Part shown: piece by piece, positions 9,372-19,957 of the stretch
How the letters are laid out: each line of letters starts with the position of its first letter
How positions within the stretch are numbered: the first letter of the stretch is position 1
IMG/VR virus record: IMGVR_UViG_2627853910_000001
Strand: one strand, 5' to 3'
DNA from: a virus
Lineage: Duplodnaviria > Heunggongvirae > Uroviricota > Caudoviricetes
Length of the DNA: 46,177 nucleotides
Notes under the pieces: model-generated
Told to the model about the DNA's origin: nothing
Seen by the model: the letters and a program-made list of their open reading frames with translations, nothing else
Databases searched by the model: none
Made by a program: the position numbers and the translations under genes

Positions 9372-9988
9372 GCCTGAGCCTCCGTTGTCGGAGCGTATTC
9401 CCCCTGAGCTGTGTGATGGTGGCCTTTAGATTTAATCCCATCAACATCTATATCACCACCAACAACCTTAACATCCCCAGAAATTGTAGCTGCAACACCT
9501 CCAGCAGAAGATCCTTTCATTCCACCTTTGAAGGTTAGTAATCCTTCAACTGTAGCATTTCCGGTAATGATGGTTTCTGGAGCATCAATAGTTACGGTTC
9601 CTGTAGCCTTAACGGTTACATCTCCGACAGCATCAACAAGGAGTAAATTAGATTCTCTGTCTACCTCAATACGAGTTCCGTTATTAAATCTAATGACGCG
9701 TTTATTAACCGTATTAGATGGCGGCTTCTGTGTTTCATCATAAAAACTACCAAGAATAAAACCTTGTTGCGGCCCTGCGGGATGAAAGATACACAAAACT
9801 TGCTCACCAATATCTGGCATCCAGTAATCAGCATTCTTATCCGTATTTTTCACAATAACTGATAACTTTGCCGAAGTGACGTTATCCTGATCATCGAAAG
9901 TAACTCTTGCTGTAACATCACCATCATCAATATCAGAAACAACGCCAACTCTTATAGTCTGACGTAATAATGTTTCTAAATCATTCAT
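9368..9988 (-). CDS. Baseplate spike/assembly protein V-like
   Basis: 206 aa with Gly-rich repetitive C-terminal half typical of gpV-like spikes. Confidence 0.6.
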   Translation of the reverse strand: MNDLETLLRQTIRVGVVSDIDDGDVTARVTFDDQDNVTSAKLSVIVKNTDKNADYWMPDIGEQVLCIFHPAGPQQGFILGSFYDETQKPPSNTVNKRVIRFNNGTRIEVDRESNLLLVDAVGDVTVKATGTVTIDAPETIITGNATVEGLLTFKGGMKGSSAGGVAATISGDVKVVGGDIDVDGIKSKGHHHTAQGEYAPTTEAQA

Positions 9989-9990
9989 AA

Positions 9991-10992
9991 TTAATACCCA
10001 TTAATTACTCTTCGGACATCAATCGAGGTGGTATAACCACTAGCCCCAATTGAATGCACAGCTTTCGATATAAGATATTTTCCAGAAAATGAACCGAATC
10101 CGTCAAGATTTATAGTTACACCAGCAACCAATCTGGTGTCTCCAACCAATACTAAAGATCCTGTATTTTGATATCTATTTTTAATCCGCAAAGCAGCCTT
10201 TGCCTTACGTTTTGCTTCATCTAAATTAGCTACCAGTTTTCTTATCTTAAGATTCGACCCTTCTTCTACGGATGGATCTACCCAAGTATACGAAAGCGAC
10301 TTTCTTTTTTTAGGTACGCGATATTTGCACGTGCAACTTTTATACAAATCTGTAGATTGTGTGCTAAAGCTATATCTGATTATCTCATCAATACCTAACG
10401 TAAGCGTAGCGATAGGATCTTTTTGCTCAAACATCTCTTGAGCAAATATTATTAATTGGCTATCAGTGACCTTTAACGACAACCCTTCATCCTGGCAAAG
10501 TCGATGGAGAAATTTTAAATCGCTTTCCTCCATTTGATCTTCACGCGCATAATATGGATTACTATCACCATCAATAAGAAACAACAGTTCAAGGTTAGCT
10601 AATTTAGCTATAGAAGTTGCTATATCTTTAAGAGTTGTTTTTTCCCATGCATTACTTTTTAAATCACGTCTAATGCCTGATGAAACAGGAACAGAAACAG
10701 CAGTTACCTCAACAACAGAAGGTGGTCCAGAGCAAGTTATGCCATCTACCTGGAATTTCCCGCACTCAAGGACGATTTGATTTATAGGCTTAAAGCTCAA
10801 ATCAATAAAATCACCCTTTTTAGGTGTCCAGTCTCCAGACCATTTCCCATCATCATTTTTTAATATAATAGAAATATCATCGACCTGACCATCTTCATTA
10901 TCTGTATAAGACATTGACAAAACATCAGGTGACATATGAGCGGTAATATTTACATTCTGATATATAACATCAAAAAGCGTTTTACGTAACAC
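9991..10992 (-). CDS. Tail protein, P2 gpD / Mu gp44-like
   Basis: 333 aa; position after tape measure and X-like gene. Confidence 0.6.
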   Translation of the reverse strand: MLRKTLFDVIYQNVNITAHMSPDVLSMSYTDNEDGQVDDISIILKNDDGKWSGDWTPKKGDFIDLSFKPINQIVLECGKFQVDGITCSGPPSVVEVTAVSVPVSSGIRRDLKSNAWEKTTLKDIATSIAKLANLELLFLIDGDSNPYYAREDQMEESDLKFLHRLCQDEGLSLKVTDSQLIIFAQEMFEQKDPIATLTLGIDEIIRYSFSTQSTDLYKSCTCKYRVPKKRKSLSYTWVDPSVEEGSNLKIRKLVANLDEAKRKAKAALRIKNRYQNTGSLVLVGDTRLVAGVTINLDGFGSFSGKYLISKAVHSIGASGYTTSIDVRRVINGY

Positions 10993-11200
10993 TATTGCGT
11001 CTCCACGGAGGCAAATTGTTTACTGATATTGGCATAACCGGAGCATCAGGAACTTTAAGAATAATTCCCGCAGAAAAAAGCACCGTAAAGCGGTGCTCAG
11101 TATTAGCATCAATAAGAAGATAAGACAGGTACTCATTACCATACAACTTTAACGCGATACTATCCCATGAGTCCCCTTGAACCGTTCTATAATCATCCAA
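10982..11200 (-). CDS. Tail protein X-like (LysM-like small tail protein)
   Basis: 72 aa; resembles P2 gpX pattern (QGDSWDSIALKLYG...). Confidence 0.5.
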   Translation of the reverse strand: MDDYRTVQGDSWDSIALKLYGNEYLSYLLIDANTEHRFTVLFSAGIILKVPDAPVMPISVNNLPPWRRNSVT

Positions 11201-13985
11201 AACTTAATCTCCGTTGTTGGAACATATGAGCACTCAATTTCTTCTCAAAATCAGAATATCCCGCATCTAATGCTCTTTTAGCTGCCGCCTCAGTTTCCTT
11301 TGGTGAACCAGCCGGAAGATTGATTACAGGTGAATAGGTTATTCCACCAGTCACAGCGTTAACGTTCTGGCGAAGTCCAGAACTCCCGGCAGCAGAGATC
11401 CCGTGAGGTGATAAATTTGATTGCCCGAACTGGGTTGCGATTGCATTCTGTAAGCTGTTATTTCTGCTAACACCAGATGCCAGAGTAGTCATTATTGCAC
11501 CACCTGACTTTGTTAGCTGTGAGAATGGACCTTTTTTCGCATCAGAGAACGGTAAATACTCACGAACAGAAGAAAAAACGCCTTTCACCTCATTGATTAG
11601 AGCATTTGCTTTTGATTTTATCCCTGTGATTAACGTCTCAATTATTTTTGCGCCTGACTCACTCCAGTTTATTCCAGACAAATAAGCTGTTACAGATTGA
11701 AATGCTCTTATAAAGAGTCCAACGGGTGAAAAACGCATAAAAACAGATACCAGTGTATCTATGATTTTCTTTCCTGTTTCGCTCCAGTTAATGCCAGAAA
11801 GGTAATTTGTTGTAAGTTTAAATGCTTTAATTAAGAACGGAAGCGGAGACATCCATTTAAAAGCACTAATTAATGTACTGTAAATTCTTACTCCTGCCGA
11901 ACTCCAGTTTATGTTGGAAAGATAATCCCATGCTTTACCAAACATAGATATAATCCATCCATTGAGGTCAAAGTTTAAGATAAAGTTTTTTATAGCCTCA
12001 AATGATTTAACTGTATATTCCTTAACAGAAGGCCAAACTCTGACAGCATAATCTCTGATCTTATCCCAGTTCTGATAGAGCAATATTCCTGCGGCAACCA
12101 GCGCAGATATAGCCATCTGAATCCACCCGAAGGGTGTTAGCTTTGTCGCTACAGATAAAGCCAGCATAGCTACCCTACACGCTATAACCACACTTTTCAT
12201 GGTTAGAAACGCACCTGCCGCCATCACAATCTGAGACACAAAATTGGGGTTGTTAGCTACAAATTCACTAATTTTTGTAATCAGCGGAACCAAAACACTA
12301 AGCGCGGCATTCAAAGCTGGTTGCAAGGCCTGACCAAAACTTAATGATGCATTGCTAGCCTGAATACGTAATTGTTTCAATCGCTCCGCATTGTCTTTCG
12401 TTATGTTGGCAAAATCGCGGTCAATAACAGCACTTCCAGCCCCAAGAGATGTTGCTTTGATTCTCTGGTATTCCTTCCAGTTTTGAATCATCGGACGAAC
12501 AAAGTTCTGAACCTGCATATCGCCAAATAGCTCACCAAGTAACTTCTGATCTCCGTTCTTAGTCATTTTCATGACAGAATGCATTGCAGCTTCGAATGGA
12601 TTCTTCCCTTTTTTCTGCGCTGTTGTGACAATTTTATATAAATCTACACCGAAATTTTTCTTTGCTTTTTTTAGTGTTTCAGGGGAAAGTATTTTCGCCA
12701 AAAAGTTGTTCATATTATTAGCAGCCTCATCCGAAGTTGCAGCACCTTTGCGAGCTATCTGCAAAGCTGCCCCCATCGTCGCGGCGGCTTCTTTACCTCC
12801 CATTTTTAATGCCTGGAACTGAGCACCAAGCACAGGAAGATTTTTGGCCATATCTTTAAATTCAAAGTTTCCCTCTTTCCCTGCCTGAACCAGAATCCCC
12901 ATTGCAGACTTCATTTGAGATGGATCAATCTTCAATGAGTCACTTAATGTAAATGATGCTTTCGAGACATCGAGGATATCAGAGCCAGTAGCTGTAGCTG
13001 TTCTCCCAATAGTTAGTAGATTCGCCTGAGCCTCTTTATAATCCTGCCCAGCAGCGACAAGAAAACCCTGAGCGGCCTGAATATCAGATGCAAACTGGTT
13101 GGTGGCCGTTCCAGTAACAAGCATCGCCTGCCCCATCGCCTGAACTTCTTCCGGCTTCATATCTGCCGTAAGACCAATCATTTTGTTTTCACGATTGAAA
13201 TTTGCTGCATTGTTAGCAGCAGCAAATGCACCAGCCGCTACAGCACCAGTTTGTAATCCTGACCTTACAAGTTGACTCTTTGCCTCACCAAGATGCTCTC
13301 GCTTCAATTCACGCTGCCTTTCCAACGCGCGGTTTAACTCCTCCTGAGCACGTTTTACTGCAAGAACATTTTTCCGTGCTTCAGCCAACGCATTTTTATA
13401 GCTGTTAATTTTATCAATACGTTGTTTTTCTAATGCCCGGTTAAGTTCCTCCTGCTGTTTTTTCACTTGCTGAACATTTGCTCTGGCTAAAGCCAAAGCC
13501 GTTCTGTAGCGGTTAACCTGCTCAACGCTACGGGCCTGAGCCTCACGATTACGATCAATGCTTGCTTTAAGCTCTTTCTCTCTTGAGGCTAAAGCTCTGG
13601 CAGATGTATCAGCTCCCTGATACGCAGACTTTAAAGCGGCCAGTTCTTCACGCTGAGAACGTAGTGATGCTCGTAAATTTGATGAATGTGTTTTTGCCTT
13701 CTCAAAGTCACGAAGCATCGCTCTGGTTGGATTGGCCGTGTTTTTTATTTGCTTCTGTAACTCTTCAACGCGAGCAGCAGCTTTATGATATTCGAGGGCA
13801 GTCTGTCCAACCTTTACTTTTACAGATTGTAGCTTTTGAATTTCCCCATGTTCTTTCGTTAATCCAGCAAGCTCTGCATTTAATTTAGCAACAGCCTGAT
13901 TAGCTGTAGTAAAACTTTTGGGGAGAGAGGCGGCAACTTTGCCGCCAATTTCAAAAGCCAGCTTAAAGTTCTTATTGCTGGCCAT
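11193..13985 (-). CDS. Tail tape measure protein
   Basis: 930 aa, long coiled-coil N-terminal half with internal repeats, hydrophobic central segments; downstream of frameshifted chaperone. Confidence 0.8.
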   Translation of the reverse strand: MASNKNFKLAFEIGGKVAASLPKSFTTANQAVAKLNAELAGLTKEHGEIQKLQSVKVKVGQTALEYHKAAARVEELQKQIKNTANPTRAMLRDFEKAKTHSSNLRASLRSQREELAALKSAYQGADTSARALASREKELKASIDRNREAQARSVEQVNRYRTALALARANVQQVKKQQEELNRALEKQRIDKINSYKNALAEARKNVLAVKRAQEELNRALERQRELKREHLGEAKSQLVRSGLQTGAVAAGAFAAANNAANFNRENKMIGLTADMKPEEVQAMGQAMLVTGTATNQFASDIQAAQGFLVAAGQDYKEAQANLLTIGRTATATGSDILDVSKASFTLSDSLKIDPSQMKSAMGILVQAGKEGNFEFKDMAKNLPVLGAQFQALKMGGKEAAATMGAALQIARKGAATSDEAANNMNNFLAKILSPETLKKAKKNFGVDLYKIVTTAQKKGKNPFEAAMHSVMKMTKNGDQKLLGELFGDMQVQNFVRPMIQNWKEYQRIKATSLGAGSAVIDRDFANITKDNAERLKQLRIQASNASLSFGQALQPALNAALSVLVPLITKISEFVANNPNFVSQIVMAAGAFLTMKSVVIACRVAMLALSVATKLTPFGWIQMAISALVAAGILLYQNWDKIRDYAVRVWPSVKEYTVKSFEAIKNFILNFDLNGWIISMFGKAWDYLSNINWSSAGVRIYSTLISAFKWMSPLPFLIKAFKLTTNYLSGINWSETGKKIIDTLVSVFMRFSPVGLFIRAFQSVTAYLSGINWSESGAKIIETLITGIKSKANALINEVKGVFSSVREYLPFSDAKKGPFSQLTKSGGAIMTTLASGVSRNNSLQNAIATQFGQSNLSPHGISAAGSSGLRQNVNAVTGGITYSPVINLPAGSPKETEAAAKRALDAGYSDFEKKLSAHMFQQRRLSFG

Positions 13986-13990
13986 TAGTA

Positions 13991-14421
13991 TTAATCCTCA
14001 TTAAACACGTCAATCCATGCGACGATTCGCCTCAACCGAAGCGAAAGCCAGTAGGATATAGGTGTTGATTGAGATGATTGAGATAGAGAACTCGCGGCCC
14101 TCATTATTTGCTTATCAATAGGTTTTTGCTCATCAAAACCTACGAGAGCAAAAAATTCTGTACCTTTTGACAAACTTTAACAAAGTCTTTCGCTGGTAAT
14201 CCATTCAGATACTCTATTGGACGACCAATACAGCGAGCAGCCAAGGCTGCATGGACTTTATTATCAAGTGATGTCTGAACTGAAACATGCCCTTGAGATT
14301 GCAGTAAGTCCGATACCTCTAAAATATCACTGCCTTTTAGGTTGTCTAAATCAAGGTTGAGTTCAGTCACCGGCTCAAAGTCTTCAAAACGATATTCTTT
14401 ACTTAATTTAACGGTTTCCAT
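13991..14421 (-). CDS. Tail assembly chaperone, -1 frameshift fusion product
   Basis: ORFs 14140-14421 and 13991-14173 overlap in -1 relationship across slippery T TTT TTG (minus strand). Confidence 0.5.
14140..14421 (-). CDS. Tail assembly chaperone (short, in-frame product)
   Basis: 93 aa, located between tube and tape measure genes. Confidence 0.6.
   Translation of the reverse strand: METVKLSKEYRFEDFEPVTELNLDLDNLKGSDILEVSDLLQSQGHVSVQTSLDNKVHAALAARCIGRPIEYLNGLPAKDFVKVCQKVQNFLLS
14149..14155 (-). promoter_or_regulatory. Slippery heptamer TTTTTTG for -1 programmed frameshift
   Basis: Plus strand CAAAAAA; -1 shift reproduces the start of the downstream ORF (FFALVGFDEQ). Confidence 0.5.
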
Positions 14422-14430
14422 TTTGTCACC

Positions 14431-14952
14431 TTATAAACCTAAATCATCACGAACGCTTTTTAATATATCTTCACCATCAAAGATACAAATAAAGTTCAAC
14501 TTATCAATTTCCAGGACTTCTTTTCCATCAATAAATAATTTGATATAGAGAACTTCAAATTCATTCTCTGAATCAGTAGCCTTTGCCACCTGTAGCGAAC
14601 CTAAATCCAGTTTTTTAGGGTTTAGCTTCATTGAAGCCCGAATAGGAACCGTTTTATATTTTCCTGTTCCTGCATCATAAACCTGCTGGCTACCGCGAAA
14701 ATCTACCTGATGAGATGAGGATAGAAATAATTTTGTACCAGCAGAGGTCAGAGTTCGCCATTTAAGAGAGACAGTCATTGGTTTGAAATGCCCCAGCGTT
14801 CCGCTCTCAAGCTCTCCAGCGATACCTGCACCACTAACAGTTTCTGTCATCATCTCAATTGATGGCAGCTTTGCGTCAGCAACACCGATAATACGGTTTC
14901 CCTCACCGTATACTGTAAAGTTAATAAGTCTCTCAGGAATTTGATTGCTCAA
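14431..14952 (-). CDS. Tail tube protein
   Basis: 173 aa directly downstream of sheath gene. Confidence 0.7.
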   Translation of the reverse strand: MSNQIPERLINFTVYGEGNRIIGVADAKLPSIEMMTETVSGAGIAGELESGTLGHFKPMTVSLKWRTLTSAGTKLFLSSSHQVDFRGSQQVYDAGTGKYKTVPIRASMKLNPKKLDLGSLQVAKATDSENEFEVLYIKLFIDGKEVLEIDKLNFICIFDGEDILKSVRDDLGL

Positions 14953-14968
14953 AGCAACCTCCTATTAT

Positions 14969-16432
14969 TTATTCAGAAAACAAGTTCAGCAGATAATCAG
15001 GATTATATTCCATGACGAACTCTATATCTCTGGCAGGTGAGAACGGTGTCATTTTTACATGGAATTTAACAATCCCGTCCATTAATGACGTAATCGTGTT
15101 TTCAGACTGATCAAAGGTAACAACACCACCTGCAATATCCTGATTACCTGTGAGGCCGTTAAGCCAAATATTCGCACTTGTAACAATCGATTCAATTAAT
15201 CGACGGTTTGCAGGATTGTCTATTTTTGACCAATGCGAAAGAATTAACGTATTACCCACCCAGTTAAACATACGTCGGCAAACACGAAATGCGTCTTTGG
15301 GGTCTGTAGATGTTGGATAAATAGCATTACGGTTTCCCCATGATTTCCAACCATCAAAATTAAGGCTTGTTACAATCCCCTGTCCATTTAAGTAGTTTGC
15401 CTGGCTAATGTTAAGCCATACTTCACTGCCATTTTTACGTACAGCACCGTCCATCTGTAGTTTTATATTTGACGGAGAACGTGATGGAATATCACCATAC
15501 TGACTATCCAGCAAGCATGTTGCGGCCGCTAAATGGGTTGAGTGATGGTAAATATTGTCACCAAGTTTCACCATCGGCCAGCACACTGTCTGGTTAGCGG
15601 CCATGTGATTATTGTTCTGTTTCCATTCAGGAACAGCCGAGTAATCACTGATAGTAGATTTATCGGTCGGCGCATCCGTTATAGCTTCTGCTTTGAACAA
15701 TTCACTAATCAGCGCGGCTTTAGCCGCCATTAGCTGACCAACTTCACTATCAGAACTAAATCCAGGTGCAATCACTTGTCCAGGAACTAACTTGAAGCGG
15801 GGATACACATCTGACAGTAACTCAAGCCCTGTATTGGCTTTAGTGTTGGAATCCACACCACCGATAATGTCATTTTTAGTTACGGCACCGGGATCAAGAT
15901 GCGTATAACTAACCTTAAGAGTAGCGTCTTTTTCGGTAATTTTTCCTCCGCTAATAGCTGTAATGACCGTATAGCCATTATCATCCAGCGCCAGCACATA
16001 ATCGGTATCAACCGTTAACCCAGGTGAATCACCATCTGCTTTTTTCACAACAACAGATTTATATAAGACACCATCGTTAGAGAGCGTACCTTTCCCGCCA
16101 GAAAGTTTTACTAACTCATCAGTAACGTCTTTCTTATGCTTTGCTGGATCAAGCACATTGATAAATACAACTGGCGCAACACCATATATTCCAAATGCGA
16201 CTTTAATTACTTCGCTTAAAGTATATTTCTCGAAGTTTGTGCTATATCCTATTTTAGATACGGCCTCTGCGTATGTATAAGCAATGATAGGTTTATTTAC
16301 CGCTGAGGCTGGATCTTCTAACTGATTAACAGGAGCCGTACCAAATGCGACAATCAACCCAGCACTAACTTGCACTGGAGGAGTTATAGATGTAGCCAGT
16401 TCAGATATATAAATACCGTGGCGATATCCCAT
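14969..16432 (-). CDS. Contractile tail sheath protein
   Basis: 487 aa; position and size. Confidence 0.8.
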   Translation of the reverse strand: MGYRHGIYISELATSITPPVQVSAGLIVAFGTAPVNQLEDPASAVNKPIIAYTYAEAVSKIGYSTNFEKYTLSEVIKVAFGIYGVAPVVFINVLDPAKHKKDVTDELVKLSGGKGTLSNDGVLYKSVVVKKADGDSPGLTVDTDYVLALDDNGYTVITAISGGKITEKDATLKVSYTHLDPGAVTKNDIIGGVDSNTKANTGLELLSDVYPRFKLVPGQVIAPGFSSDSEVGQLMAAKAALISELFKAEAITDAPTDKSTISDYSAVPEWKQNNNHMAANQTVCWPMVKLGDNIYHHSTHLAAATCLLDSQYGDIPSRSPSNIKLQMDGAVRKNGSEVWLNISQANYLNGQGIVTSLNFDGWKSWGNRNAIYPTSTDPKDAFRVCRRMFNWVGNTLILSHWSKIDNPANRRLIESIVTSANIWLNGLTGNQDIAGGVVTFDQSENTITSLMDGIVKFHVKMTPFSPARDIEFVMEYNPDYLLNLFSE

Positions 16433-16722
16433 TATTTAATCTCCATGATAGAAGAAGAAACTCTAGAGTACATTACATACTCGACACTGGTTTTATCAGA
16501 AAGTCTTTTCTCTGCATCTGCAAAATCACTGGTTGCCACAAACAAACACTTTGCACCAGGAATATGTGATATTAATTTTTTACACTCTGGAGATAAGCCA
16601 TTCTTAAATAGTTTATGCTTCAAAATTGAGAGTTGAGGGATTGTTGGTCCTATATATACAAATGTTTGAGCAACATCTTCCTTCTTTTCTATATCTTCTT
16701 TACTACTTTTCTTATTAGCCAT
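16432..16722 (-). CDS. Hypothetical protein (tail completion region)
   Basis: ORF with start overlapping upstream stop. Confidence 0.3.
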   Translation of the reverse strand: MANKKSSKEDIEKKEDVAQTFVYIGPTIPQLSILKHKLFKNGLSPECKKLISHIPGAKCLFVATSDFADAEKRLSDKTSVEYVMYSRVSSSIMEIK

Positions 16723-17208
16723 TTAGATAAACTCCTGAGACTGAATATTCTGAGGCTTTAATACTAGCCACGTTCCAGTTGCTTCCGTTATCCAATATGG
16801 ATACGGTTGATCATCAAACATTCGCCATCTGATATCGCCCTGAAAGAGAAATTTCTCTTCAAGTAAAGGCTTCTCCTGAAAATGAAGCATCATCCTTTCA
16901 AGAAGAGCCATTACCCATTCATATCCAGTATGGTCCTCACAAAAACCACCTAGAAGAAACTTAACCTTAACTTCATCCGTTTCAGGCTGCATTCCTCCTT
17001 CCGTGGGCCTGATAATCACATGAGGAAATTCTGGCGGTTTATCTGGAGATGGTTGTGATTTAGGAGGCAAGTACCCTTTAAATATTGTTGGAACAAACAA
17101 TTTAATATCGCTGTCTGTTTCATCATAAGGAGGCCCCTGCACTAATAAATCATGGAAAACCTCATGTTCCAACCGATTTTTTATTGCATCTATCAAAAGA
17201 TTAATCAA
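16723..17208 (-). CDS. Hypothetical protein, putative tail completion/terminator
   Basis: Position between head-tail joining genes and sheath. Confidence 0.3.
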   Translation of the reverse strand: MINLLIDAIKNRLEHEVFHDLLVQGPPYDETDSDIKLFVPTIFKGYLPPKSQPSPDKPPEFPHVIIRPTEGGMQPETDEVKVKFLLGGFCEDHTGYEWVMALLERMMLHFQEKPLLEEKFLFQGDIRWRMFDDQPYPYWITEATGTWLVLKPQNIQSQEFI

Positions 17209-17549
17209 ATCGGCATTCCTCTGTTAGTATTAACAGTGAGAGTTATTTCCAATACACCAACATTATCTGATACTTCATCAACAATATAATTTTTACCGTT
17301 GATTTTCATTGACTGGTCTTTGACAGGGAGAACAGGAAAATCTTTTCTTGAAACAAATAATATTATTTGCCCCTGATTTATTCCCTCTGCAAACTCAGCA
17401 TATGAGCGTTTATTCCGCTCATGAATAAGGTCTGTATCAATAACGGCAAGGATATCCTTGCCGTCTATGTTATATGTATCGGCAAACTCTTTTTCATTGA
17501 GGAATATTGCAGAAATATCTTGCGCTATAACCTCTTTGAAGGAGTTCAT
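17205..17549 (-). CDS. Head-tail joining protein (lambda FII position)
   Basis: 114 aa; position. Confidence 0.35.
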   Translation of the reverse strand: MNSFKEVIAQDISAIFLNEKEFADTYNIDGKDILAVIDTDLIHERNKRSYAEFAEGINQGQIILFVSRKDFPVLPVKDQSMKINGKNYIVDEVSDNVGVLEITLTVNTNRGMPI

Positions 17550-17941
17550 TACTTCTTATTACCTTTTTTTTGCGTTGATTTTTTCGCATTACTGGTATCA
17601 GAAGTAGCTACAGATTCAGATGAATCATCAGCAACCGTTTCCTCATTGCCGCCATCATCCTCAAACTCAACCTCGAATACACAGCTACCCGCCTCCGTTC
17701 GCGTAATCAACCCCGCGTCCACAGCATCATTAACAGCAGATGCGTATCCATGCTCAAAAGCTAACTTAGCAGCATCATAGCCCCCGGCCGATGCCAAATC
17801 ACCATCCTCTTCGGTGGCAATAGCATGTCCTGACGCAATCAGTTCGGCAATTCTGGAGTTATCCATTAGCCCATTAAGCAAACGGCCCGCTTTTAGCGAG
17901 CCGTGGCTTATCGTATCAATGTTTTTAATCAGTCTGGCCAT
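17549..17941 (-). CDS. Head-associated protein (lambda FI position), acidic C-terminus
   Basis: 130 aa directly after major capsid gene. Confidence 0.3.
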   Translation of the reverse strand: MARLIKNIDTISHGSLKAGRLLNGLMDNSRIAELIASGHAIATEEDGDLASAGGYDAAKLAFEHGYASAVNDAVDAGLITRTEAGSCVFEVEFEDDGGNEETVADDSSESVATSDTSNAKKSTQKKGNKK

Positions 17942-18985
17942 TTAAACCACCTTAGCCACCAGATAGGCATCAGCCACACCAGGATTAGGCAGTGGAGATG
18001 ACTTCATGGCAACATAACGGCCAGCCGGCTTACGAGTTACCCAGGTGTCTGGAACTCGTGGTGACTCAACAATCGTTAGAGTCTTTTCGGCGTCATCTAC
18101 AAGCTCTACAGCACCATACAGCATCGTTCCTCGACCAGGAGAGCCAAAGAGGATCTTATCTTCCGGTACTAATGGTTCTGGTTTTCCTGTTTTATCATTG
18201 CGAATAAGTTCGTCGTAACCATAAAAATCGACACCTTCAAGATTGCCATAATGAGTTACGCCTTCTTCTAACTCCTTAGGCTCAATATACCCAAGCTCTT
18301 TTCGGCGATTATCAAGATATTTAGTTACTGCTTCATTTTTAACGAAAGCATCAACAACTTTTGCGCCCATTACGGCAACACGAGGTGTAAAACCTGAAGT
18401 TAGTGATACCCGACGTTTCCAGTTGCGAACATTGACCAACGGATCTGATTTTGCAGCACTCCATAAATCATCACCTGTCAGTTCAAGATATGGTTTATCT
18501 CCTTCCTCTTCAGGCCAAAAATAAACTGTGTCATCCACACCTTCACCAACAATATCAACCTGCCCCGTAAACAAGACTTGTGCACACATCCATTCTTCAC
18601 GGCGGTTAACCATTTCATCAAGCTCAAGCAAATCTTTACCTAATTGCTCGGCGGCTCGTTCTGCTGGCGATTTTGCGTTGTAAATATTCTCACCCGGAAG
18701 CCTGTTTAAAAGCAGCTCTGCTGTTGTTACCAAATCAGGTGCAACAAGTGGTGGCTCCAGAGTTCTCGTTACAAAGCCGCGTCGCTCAACGGTTTTTGAG
18801 CCAAAACCTTTACCAACAAACGGAGCCATAGTACGGCCACCGCGAACAAAATCCAGATCAACTTTCTTTGTATTAAAGGTCTGAACACCAGGAAAAAAGG
18901 TACGAAGAAGAAAACGACGAGCCTTGAAATTCTGAATAACAGGCTCAAGCATTGTACGTCGTTCAAAAATATCAATATTCGGCAT
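17942..18985 (-). CDS. Major capsid protein, lambda gpE-like
   Basis: 347 aa; size and position after decoration/scaffold genes. Confidence 0.7.
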   Translation of the reverse strand: MPNIDIFERRTMLEPVIQNFKARRFLLRTFFPGVQTFNTKKVDLDFVRGGRTMAPFVGKGFGSKTVERRGFVTRTLEPPLVAPDLVTTAELLLNRLPGENIYNAKSPAERAAEQLGKDLLELDEMVNRREEWMCAQVLFTGQVDIVGEGVDDTVYFWPEEEGDKPYLELTGDDLWSAAKSDPLVNVRNWKRRVSLTSGFTPRVAVMGAKVVDAFVKNEAVTKYLDNRRKELGYIEPKELEEGVTHYGNLEGVDFYGYDELIRNDKTGKPEPLVPEDKILFGSPGRGTMLYGAVELVDDAEKTLTIVESPRVPDTWVTRKPAGRYVAMKSSPLPNPGVADAYLVAKVV

Positions 18986-19005
18986 AAAAATACGACCTCT
19001 TTATA

Positions 19006-19389
19006 TTATGCAGATGGATTTTGTTGTGCGGTGTTAAGGAATATCCCAACCTTCCGGCAAGCCAGATATACATCGGCAATCTTTGCTGATTCAGGAAGGA
19101 TAACCGCATGTGCATTGAACATTCCGGTCAGCCATGCTGTTCCAACTTGCGCTGAATCAGTCGCATCAATACTGTGTTGAGCGATACAATACGGTTCTTT
19201 TGCCACCCCCTCACCAGAGAGATTTATTGGTGCAACAGTGACAACATTTGTTGTCTGATCAATACTGACAAAAGCAAGCAACTCACCTCGATTTACTTTA
19301 CCGCTGGCAAGTTTAATACTTGTTGTAATTGCTGGCATACCACCAGAAATAATCAGATTATCTGGTTCAAATGAAAAAGACTCTCGCAT
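19006..19389 (-). CDS. Head decoration protein, gpD-like
   Basis: 127 aa between scaffold and capsid. Confidence 0.5.
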   Translation of the reverse strand: MRESFSFEPDNLIISGGMPAITTSIKLASGKVNRGELLAFVSIDQTTNVVTVAPINLSGEGVAKEPYCIAQHSIDATDSAQVGTAWLTGMFNAHAVILPESAKIADVYLACRKVGIFLNTAQQNPSA

Positions 19390-19459
19390 AAACTCACCTT
19401 AATTTTTATCGCGGTTTTTAAATACTGACCCAATAACATTTTTTACTACTTCAGCTTGT

Positions 19460-19957
19460 TTATCGCCGTTGTTTTCTTGGTTGATTAACATCAACTGAAT
19501 CATTCACCTCATTTGCGTCTTCTTGCCGTTGATTAAGAAAGTTTTTGTTACGCGCTCGCTCTGCATTCATAATTTCCAAAGCAAGTTCAGCCGCAGAAAC
19601 TCCCGTTTTGAATTTTGCATTCTTAACCAGGTCGTCATGACCTGGAATCACGCTATTCTCGATTGTTTCAATGCGCTCGCGTTCTGATTTAACGCCCTCG
19701 TCTTTACCAGCATTAAAAACCTGATTGTATAATTCTGGATGTTTATTTTTTAATTCATCAAGAGTCACAACATCGTCCTCATTTTGTTCATTTAATTCAG
19801 TAGATAATTCATTTTTATTTTGTGGCAACTTTGCGAGAGAATCAGGTAATTTTGAAAACCTTGATGCTTCAAAAGTTATTCCATTGAGCGAAAGCATCCC
19901 TTCCTTTATAGAAGCGGATAAGCGCATTGGTTTTTTCAACTTCGTCAGCAAATCCAA
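19460..19957 (-). CDS. Scaffolding protein (Nu3-like), overlaps 3-prime end of protease gene
   Basis: Acidic, helical 165-aa ORF; true start uncertain. Confidence 0.45.
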   Translation of the reverse strand: MDLLTKLKKPMRLSASIKEGMLSLNGITFEASRFSKLPDSLAKLPQNKNELSTELNEQNEDDVVTLDELKNKHPELYNQVFNAGKDEGVKSERERIETIENSVIPGHDDLVKNAKFKTGVSAAELALEIMNAERARNKNFLNQRQEDANEVNDSVDVNQPRKQRR

